Shown in pieces: positions 55,599-64,000 of a stretch of DNA of 64,000 nt. Position numbers and translations under genes: made by a program. This DNA is from Botryllus schlosseri (lineage: Eukaryota), in assembly GCA_051294905.1 (NCBI GenBank), contig CM119383.1, forward strand, positions 5,146,001-5,210,000, written 5' to 3'. The notes under the pieces are model-generated. The model made no database searches. It had not been told where the DNA came from and saw only the letters and a list, made by a program, of their open reading frames with translations. Position 1 is the stretch's first letter, and each line of letters starts with the position of its first letter.

Positions 55599-56148
55599 AT
55601 GTCCAGTTGTCCATCCTTATCTAATTCACAGAGGTCTTCACATGTATTGCTCACCAAACATCGAATGATATTATATGTCCTTTAATTGACATCTAGTTAC
55701 CACTGCAGTATCTGCAGCATAATTTTGTGGTCCGTAAATGGTGGAAGTTGCCCCGTTGTTTGATTATGACCTCAAGTTTAGCAATGGAGGCCTATATTTT
55801 TGATTTGGGGGTTAGTTCGAGGAAATGGACTGCAGCATAATTTCATAATGATTAAGTAAAACATTGTGATATAACCACGATAGAATTCTCCAAGTCTTCA
55901 ATATCGGAATTATGTTTGACTCATCCTTAACCAGCAATACACAATTCACATCAACTTCCGAGTTGTCAGTGATTGCTTGCTATGAATGCCGAAATTTGAC
56001 GATCAATTTCCTTTATTTCACAGTCCCTATTCGTTCCTGGTGCAAGCGCAAATAAATACCGGAGTGAATTGAACCTGAATGCAACAAACTCCAATGTCGT
56101 CGGAAGATTGAGACCTAACGCAGATGCCCAAACAGCCAGTAGAAGCAG
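55599..56148 (+). CDS. Candidate upstream coding exons of ERC (55599-55643 and 56024-56148)
   Basis: The open exon 56024-56148 (tttatttcacag|...agcag|gtgaac) is phase 2 and joins in frame to the acceptor at 58175. The 55599-55643 exon has a weaker donor. No recognisable homology. Confidence 0.3.
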
Positions 56149-56507
56149 GTGAACAAATGCAATCTTTCGGACAGAATTAGCGCATAGCGTAATCAATATG
56201 AAATGCAGGACCAACGCATATCCTCTATCCTAAATATGTATTTTGTGCTCGTACTTCCTTGTGTTTGGTTGCTATTGCAGATTCAGATTTGATCTGTAGA
56301 TTTCACTTGGTCATTTTGACTCATTACTGCCTATGTCGCCTATAGCTCCAACTAGTGGTTTGTATTTAATATGATAATGCTTTTCTGAGATTTTCAGACG
56401 GGTTACGTTGTTGGTAGTTGAATTCGAAGTTGGCCTGAAATGTTCATCTACTTGCGTATTCAGTGGCTATAAAGATAATGATGATAATTTCCTTTTGAGG
56501 CAGGTTA

Positions 56508-56826
56508 CTCCCCGGATTATGTGTGTATTTACCAGTTTTACTGTGAATAAAGAATATAATAATATATATTAAGAATCGCAACATAATTTCTGTAATTTGG
56601 ATTCTTCGTTTTCAATAATCTCTACCTCTGCTCTGCAACCTCTTGCAGCCCCAATTCTTCATCTACCGCAAATCTGTAATATGACCTCTTCATGTATTGC
56701 ATAGGAATAGCAATTTGACTGTATTACTGAAATATTTTTAAAATACTTCAACTCGCCATTTTCCTTTGGTGGCACGTCGCTCCCCGGATTATGTATGTAT
56801 TTACCAGTTTTACTGTGAATAAAGAA
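56508..56826. repeat. 47-bp direct repeat pair (56508-56554 and 56780-56826)
   Basis: ctccccggattatgt[g/a]tgtatttaccagttttactgtgaataaagaa; one mismatch. Confidence 0.85.
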
Positions 56827-58211
56827 AATAATGATAATAAAGAAATATGCAGCTATGCGACAACATTTGAAGAATAGAGAATTGGAGTAATGCCACATAT
56901 ATACTTAGAATGGTATGAGAAATACAGTGCTGCTTGACCTCATTTTTCACTATGCTATTCCTACCTATGCTTTTTAACTTTACCATTTTGGTATAACATA
57001 ATTAGTTATTGTCTTCATCATCCAGTTTCCATTATCTCTTGATTGAAATAAATAGTCAGACTGTTTTAATTATCTGGATGTTTTCAATTTTCATAATGAT
57101 TTGGTTTGGGTTGTCATGAGTTATCTCACTCATTTCGTCATGCACCGATCTTTTATTGTGGGTGTAGCGTAAATATTGTGTTGACAATTTACGTGCAAGC
57201 TTGTCGGGATAATAATGTCTAGAAATTTGTGTAAATATGTGTAAGCTCGGTGTCACCAGTTATAACATTAATATTTAATGGGAATCTCGACTAGAACGCG
57301 AACAGTTTCGATGTGGAGGCCATCTGTTGTGAAAGGCGTTGTAGTAACGCGAATTTGGACTTGTCAAGTACAGGCATATTTAAAAGCTGCTCGGCAGAAA
57401 TCTGAGCAATATTTACTTGGAAATTGTCGCTCGCCGGTCGGGATGAAATTGTCGTGAATATTGATTTTTTTTCGTAGCGATCATTTACGGCTTTGTGTTT
57501 TGATTTCGGGTATTTAATACGGCAATGCTTCGATAAGAATCTGGATGTAATGATGCGGAGCTTGTGGAATACTGCTGTGCTTGTGTGGTAATAATAGCTC
57601 TATTTCTGTTTGCGTTTATTTTAATAATGGAATGCTTGCCTTGAGGAGAGCTGCTATCAAGATCAGATTGTGCCTGGCGCAGAATATTTGAGCTGAGATC
57701 TTGACATGCCGTTGAGACTAAAATTGGAAAAATATTGGTGCATTGTCATTGAGTGACGATTGGTACAATCTTAACAATAGAGGGGACAAGTTTATTGAAA
57801 TTCTGTTTCGGGTGTAATTCTGAGGATGAAATTAAAGATCTATGAGCCCGCTGAAAAAGTGCAGAGATAGCCAAAAGAATATGGTGTCGAAGATTGCGTT
57901 TATTTACAGCCTCATCAGTCGCTTTGCTTTGCGTTACATCTTTTATTTTTGAAAACCACCACTGATTAATTGCTAAATTATACCACGCTTTGACCAAATC
58001 TACCTTGAAACTTGAACTTGAAGTAGCTTTGACGTGTCTTGGAATTCACTAAGCTGTTACTTGTAAATGTGTGGAAATTTACGGTGATACATCTGCTTAT
58101 ACTTGATTGGCATGGTTAACTCTTTGTGACATATTTTATTTTTCTTGGTCGTTTATCGGTCTTATGATTTCCAGATCGTTTAACGTTCTAGCGTCGGCCC
58201 CAAACTCGAAA

Positions 58212-61200
58212 ATGTCGCAGGACGCCAACACATCGTCCGGGAGCCATTCCAGGACACCCACGCCAAGTTCGATTATGAGACAAGATTTCGCAGACTTCCT
58301 GGACTCCAATTTCGTCAGCAACGAGGAATCGGATTCCCAAAATCGCAGTCAGCCGCGTGTAAACGGAGGTGCGCAGAAACGAAGCTTTTCTGTTTTCTGA
58401 ATTCTCAAGTCTTTGGTATTATCAGAAACGGAACAGAAACGAAACGGCACCGCTGAATACATCATGAAAATTCAGGAGGAGAACCAGTCCTTGCGAAGAG
58501 AGTTGGATATGAAGGTATGCATTTTAAACTATCTCAGAATGCGTTGTGACTTGTGATATGATGTAGGCTATCTCAACTTTCGTTATGCTGTAAAACTGCT
58601 TCTTTCCTCAATTATGGTTTATAATAATTGGACATTAATCGAGCGTGACAGATGTCGTGTTTTGGTTGCAGTCGGCAGGCTCCAAGCGGCAATCGTCAGC
58701 TGTTTGGTAAATTTCTTTATTCTTACAGATTGTAGTGTGATCGGGGTTATCACCTATTTATTAGCTTGCAATAAACTAATAGACACACTTGTACTGTGTA
58801 TTGTGTGGGATTTATTAAGTTGTCGAATACTAAATTACTCAACAGCTTCTTGGAAGTACAGAATTTCAATATACAATTGCATAGTGTATTCATATTGAAA
58901 TGAATCGATTATTTGAAATTTCATGCCGGTGACGTCATATTTTGTGATAGGATTGTTGATATAGCCTACAATGTTCTTTCCGTTTCTCTATTTGGTTGCT
59001 GATGATTACCTCTGACGGGCGTCAGCCGAAAATATTTATTTCAATATAAATATAATACTATTCATTCATTACTCAGTAAACGTGATAAAGCATGGAAATG
59101 AGAAAATATGTCCGTGAATGTGCTCAATTTCACTTATTTTCCTACGAACCCATAAACTGAAGTTGGTGAATTTAAATTTTTATTATTTAGAAGCAGATAT
59201 AGACGCTGTGCCTAACTAGTAAATTTAATGCTAACGTGACAGACACTGGGAAAAAGAACGCTGTGATAGGCGCATGAATATTTAATGAGCTCGCGGATGC
59301 AGTTTTGGTATCGAACCGAAGGTGCTAATGTTTTTAAATTCTTGCCAAGCACACGATCTATAAATATATTAATCACGCGTCACGGAATTGGCTTTGAATC
59401 TGCGATTTACGGCGGTTCAATTCTGGCGGTGATTTCTGTCTGAGCGTTATTTATGGCCAAGGTCGAAGTTTGATTGATTCATGATGCTGCGAGTATGGTA
59501 TCCGTTGAAAGCCATTGGAGATTACCTATTTGATCATAATGTAATGAGTCTAGTATGACCCTGCATGTCACCTGACTTGACTAGATTTTGTGAGTGATAC
59601 GTGTTGGACTGTTGGTGTCTTTCGAAAGGTTACCTTACTCTTGACGTCAAATCAAATGTCGTTGGTCATGGAAATTTATTACCGCCAAATTACTGGGTTG
59701 TGAATATAATTCATGTTCAATTTGTAAGCGGGCCTTCGTTAGTGAGACCCGTGTAATGGATATACCATCAGTTGACTTTTCCTAGTTTGAGGTACAATTA
59801 TAATTGATGCTGCCGCCATCTTCCCATTTTACTATTACGTAACAAAATCTATTTTGAAAAAATCGTTAAAAAAATCGCCCTACTAATAATGCAAATAATT
59901 TTGGTAATGATATCCACCACTTCATAAACTTATTAATAGCATTGACCACTATTCCAAGAATCATCCCTTACCATACTTTATAAGGCCATCATCAACACAC
60001 ATGTTTCGCTTTGAATGTTTCAGGAAAAAACACTTGTGAACAACATGAACTCCATCAAGACGTTTTGGAGCCCGGAACTGAAAAAGGAGAGAACGATCAG
60101 GATAGGAGAGTGCGACAAATCGGCAAAGTTGAGAGATCAGCTGAAACGCGCTCAGGACGAGAATCAGGTGACACGACGTGATTGGCGTGGTCAATGTTGC
60201 AAGAAATGTTTTCTGATCGCAGACACAGACACGTAGGCCTAATAGCCGGTAATACTAATCGATTGTACGCGAGTAGAAATTTATGACATTACTTTTTCTA
60301 CTCTAGCACCGATGATGACTGCTTTATCTAGTGCTTACCGACTTGGAGTCTGCATTTTCTACGGATATCTGATATATAACGTTAGGGTGGAGTGAAAAAA
60401 ACAAAAATTTGAATTTCAAAAAGTGCCTTTGAGGAGTCAGTTTTGAAACCAATATATCAGAGTATTATATGATCAGATTATATATATCAGATAAACCAGA
60501 ACACTTTTAAAATGACTATCATCACTCCTACTGGGAGACTTGAGGTTGACTATCAAAGTTCCCGAATATTCCACCAAAGATGAGTGCAGCAGCTTGTGCA
60601 ATATGTATAATATATAAAACAGTTTAACAATGTCTCAAGTGATATGAAATTCATCATTTTCAACAAACAGGTATGAGGTATATATAAATTATGTAACTGA
60701 TTTACTTTTTGAACAATCTAGGCCTATCGTTTGTTGTAGCGTTGAACGGAAGATACCCTTTTCACCAAGTTCATATCATAGAGATTATGATGATGTAATA
60801 TGATGAAAGTTCAATCATTCTCTCTACTAATCGAAATTATGCTATGCTAAAAATTAACTTGTAGGTCCGCCAAACAAGATGTGGCATTGCAAACTTGGTA
60901 AAACCAACCGACATTTTGATGGCAGTCTAAAAATCAGTAATTTGCTTGTAACTTTTTTTCTGTACATTTTCAAGAGAAAGTCCGATGCAAGTGAGATAGA
61001 AAGATGTTGCTTCCGCAGCTTTTAAGCCCAAAACTTGCTTTCTAGCATAAGCGGTTATCAAGATATGGCAAAAGTAGCTATTTTCGGCTCGTTCGGTGAA
61101 ATTGCACAGTCACTAGAGGGTGCAGAAACCTGAAATCATGATAGAAGTAATTCATTAGAGATTTGGGACCAGATATCAAAGGCGCTTTTTGAAATTCAAA

Positions 61201-63126
61201 TTTTTCTTTTTTCCACTTCACTCTAATATGACGTCATCTGGTGCCCATTTTACTTGTTTTTGCGAACATAAATCCAAAATTATGTAATTACCCCTCACGA
61301 GTGTCAGTCGAAAACATTTCGCTTTATTACAATATAAATATATTGTTGAATCGTACATTGAAGTTCTGTAGCTTCCGAGAGTCTCTTCATGTAACTATTT
61401 TTGTCCAGAATTATCAATTGACCGTGCAAGCGCTCCAAGACGAAATCCGGGCGCAGCGCGACCTCAATCAGATCCTGCAAGAGGACCTGTCCGGGTCGGG
61501 GCACTTGAGGGACCCGCCCGCCGCGTTGGACCGGTACGCGGACGACCCCAGGATCGTCCAGGACGAGATGGACAGGCTCAGCCGCGAAAACGAGCTTCTG
61601 CAGAGGACGATGGAGGAGATGGAAATGAGAATTGAGAGTCAGAAACAGACGCTGGAAGCCAGGGACGAGTCCGTTTCGAAGCTGATGGAGCTTCTTCAGA
61701 GTAAAAGTATGCCATTGTTTTTACTAGCCTGGCCGTTGGCCAACCTTTGTGCCAAACTGGAAGCCTTCGGGAAACCCCAAGGTTGACCTCTTCATTAACA
61801 CACAAATATATAGCATTATCCAATACATTGCTATAAAATACTGGTGCACATAATGAAATGTCCGTCAAAAATTGGGTTAAAAGAACAAAACCATTGGAAA
61901 ATGATTTTCAATTTCCCTAAAATCTGCCCGGTAGGCCTACCTAGGATCTTGCTGTAGTGTTGACTTTCAAAGCGATTTTAAAATCCTAATCCAATCCTAC
62001 TATGCCAAAAAATCTATAAAATGCTGCTCTGTCTAGTGCAGGTTTTCAAACTTCTTTAGAGCGGACCCTTCAAATTTATTGTACTTATACAACATTGTTA
62101 TTGAATTGTGGCTTCGTGAGAAAAACGTCTAAGCATTTGCAGGAACGCATAAATCAGCACGTCCTTAGATTTATTAGGACACGCGCATCACGCTCGATGA
62201 AAAGCTCCCCCTTGACTTATTCACTGAAGCTCGATGCTCAACAATTGAAGTACGTAAATTCTGCCATTGGCAAACATCTGTTGGATAATCCCGCGTGTGC
62301 GAAAAATTTTCGAGACGACAGATTTCGTGTCGTTGGGAGGGGCCGTTCACACTTTTATTTGTGTACATTGGAGTCGACTTTTATCAAAATACGCCAGCCA
62401 AGGCTGTGTCAACAAAAAAAGTTTCTGTACCATCTAAAATTAGTACATTGAACGCTCTCGTATTCGGCATTTCATGCTGGTGACGTCGTATTTTGTGATA
62501 CGATTGTTGATATACGATGTTCTTTTCCATTCTCTACCAGTTGCTGACCGACACCTCTGACGAGAGTCAGCCGAAAATATTCGGGTTCATGTCAATACCA
62601 ATATACCAATAAATAGTATATAAAAGTTCTGTACCTCCATGAAGCTCTACAACATTATTGGTAAAGATTTTTAAAGTTTATGTCTAAAAATATCACTCTG
62701 AGAGCTACCTGATTCCTGTAAAAAGGTCGTATCATTTAAATACAGGACAATGTAGTTTTAGAGTTCATAACTGCAGCTGTGTCCCTTACAACTACTCCAT
62801 GGATCCCAAGGGGTCTGTTGACACCAGTTCAAGAACCCCGGGAATAACGTAATGTTTGATCAGACAGAAAGAGAAGGGCTAACATTGAAATGAGAATTAC
62901 ACCAGGACACTTCGTTTCGACAGCCTTTCCCGGTAAGGAAACCGACAGCGAGGTGGACTCGTTGAAGATGCAGCTGGTGGAGGCCGAGGCCCGTCTCGTG
63001 CAACTGGACTCCATGCTGATGGAGAGAAATTTCGAGATTCACGAGATGAAAAACGCGTTACCTGACGCCGGCTTTTCCGCGGACCTGCCCAAGATACAGT
63101 CGCTGCAAGCGGTTATTAACATGAAG
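58212..63126 (+). CDS. ERC1: ERC/ELKS/CAST (bruchpilot-like) active-zone coiled-coil protein, 3'-partial. Exons 58212(or 58175)-58368, 58426-58514, 60024-60167, 61409-61706, 62924-63126; continues beyond the window
   Basis: MNSIKTFWSPELKKER; QLTVQALQDEIRAQRDLNQ; RENELLQRTMEEMEMRIESQKQTLEARDESVSKLMELLQSK; SLQAVINMK. These are hallmark ERC motifs. Junctions are in phase. Single invertebrate pro-ortholog of ERC1/ERC2. Confidence 0.92.
58921..59060 (+). repeat. Long Penelope-like terminal repeat copy, preceded by a short inverted fragment (about 58885-58905)
   Basis: tcatgccggtgacgtcatattttgtgata.gattgttgatata...gttgctgatgattacctctgacgggcgtcagccgaaaatat. Confidence 0.72.
61292..61385 (+). repeat. 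Diverged Penelope-like terminal repeat copy just upstream of an ERC acceptor
   Basis: ttacccctcacgagtgtcagtcgaaaacatt...acattgaagttctgtagcttcc. Confidence 0.6.
62095..62451 (+). mobile_element. 5'-truncated Penelope-like retroelement: C-terminal GIY-YIG endonuclease region
   Basis: CG.FV.KTSKHLQERINQH...SAIGKHLLDNPACAKNF..FRVVGRGRSHFYLCTLESTFIKIRQPRLCQQKKF. This is the R-x-x-x-H, SAI.EH, E..I and P.LC..K pattern of PLE GIY-YIG domains. It lies in an ERC intron and has no RT domain. Confidence 0.8.
62553..62586 (+). ncRNA. Minimalist type I hammerhead ribozyme motif in the PLE 3' repeat (repeat spans about 62472-62650)
   Basis: acct-CTGACGA-gagtcagcc-GAAA-atat-TC-gggt: 4-bp helix I, G-C closing helix II, palindromic ATAT helix III loop, UUC triplet; about 100 nt after the GIY-YIG stop. 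Confidence 0.68.
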
Positions 63127-63350
63127 GTACGCTCGCTGTGCATAGCGCTGCAGTTTAACCCCGAGAGGAGGTCCTCCGTTACATACTAAAAAACACATTC
63201 GTCACTCTCCTCCAATTAGTGGATCTGGATCTTTTTCACAATCTTGATTCGGCTCCCGCTCTGAAAATATACGAATATGCCGCAGCTCACCTAAGGCAAC
63301 TCCAAAAGAATTCTGTTTTTGTGACGTGCTGTTAAACATTGGTTTGTCAT

Positions 63351-63825
63351 CAGGGTTGTAACCAAGCCACAGGTTTCCGAGTCGCGAGTCAATCATACTT
63401 TTTTAGTTTTGACTCGAGTCAAGTCGAGTCATTTCGATACACCGCTGAGTCAATTATGAGTCATAGTGTTACGACTCAAGTCTGAGTCCAAGTCATTGTA
63501 TTCACTGTTTAGTTTCGAGTTCAAGTCCTGTTCAAACCACTTTTTACAACTCTGCCTGGGGGATATAATATGCGTCGCATTCACAGCTTAGTAATTTTCC
63601 TCGCTTTCACAGTTTCTGATCCTGTTTTACAAATATCAGTAGGCTACTGATAGACGAAATAACAATGAGGCAATGAAATGCCTGTATTGGCCATCCAAAG
63701 ATCGATTCCTATGACTCGGTCGAGTCATGCGCAGAGACTCGAGTACGAGTTGAGTCAATACACAAATTGGCTCGAGTCGAGTCACAAAAAAATTGCGACT
63801 CATAACTCGAGTCATTACAACCCTG
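63351..63825. mobile_element. Family 1 hAT-like MITE, 475 bp
   Basis: cagggttgtaa ... ttacaaccctg; TSD TTTGTCAT / GTTGTCGT (6/8). A further partial copy follows at about 63865-64000. Confidence 0.8.
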
Positions 63826-64000
63826 GTTGTCGTATTCCAGTTATCATGGGCCATGGGTCAAAAAACCACCCCCTTACTTGAGTCGCGTTGTTTGGGTGGT
63901 TTGACTTGACTCGATGGATAGGAAATATGAAATGACTCCTGACTCGAACTTGACTCGAGGTATAATTTGCATTTGCCCGACTTGAAAGTCTCGACGCCGC

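Noticed and set aside
57746-57997. 83-aa minus ORF upstream of ERC
   Set aside because: No motif, no supporting splice context, TTG start.

Overview
Animal (bilaterian invertebrate, taxon not determinable from the sequence) nuclear genomic DNA. It has spliceosomal GT-AG introns, the shortest being 57-71 nt. I reconstructed seven protein-coding genes by hand, checking splice phase at every junction. On +: the 3' part of an intronless Su(H)/RBPJ, an intronless LRP11-like gene with two MANEC domains, a ZXD-family zinc-finger gene (7 exons), BRPF1/peregrin (17 coding exons) and the 5' part of ERC/ELKS. On -: an RWDD2 gene with two alternative, duplicated last coding exons, and a GPR84/Tre1-like class A GPCR with a ~340-aa third intracellular loop. 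Introns carry at least five hAT-like non-autonomous DNA transposon families (8-bp target-site duplications (TSDs), including ~620-650-bp fold-back MITEs and one nested insertion). There is also a truncated Penelope-like element (PLE; GIY-YIG domain) whose 3' repeat occurs in about 15 copies and contains a minimalist hammerhead-ribozyme core. Best leads: (1) the RWDD2 exon pair, which appears to mirror the two vertebrate paralogs, and (2) intronic PLE-derived hammerhead motifs. All homology calls come from motif recognition, not database searches.
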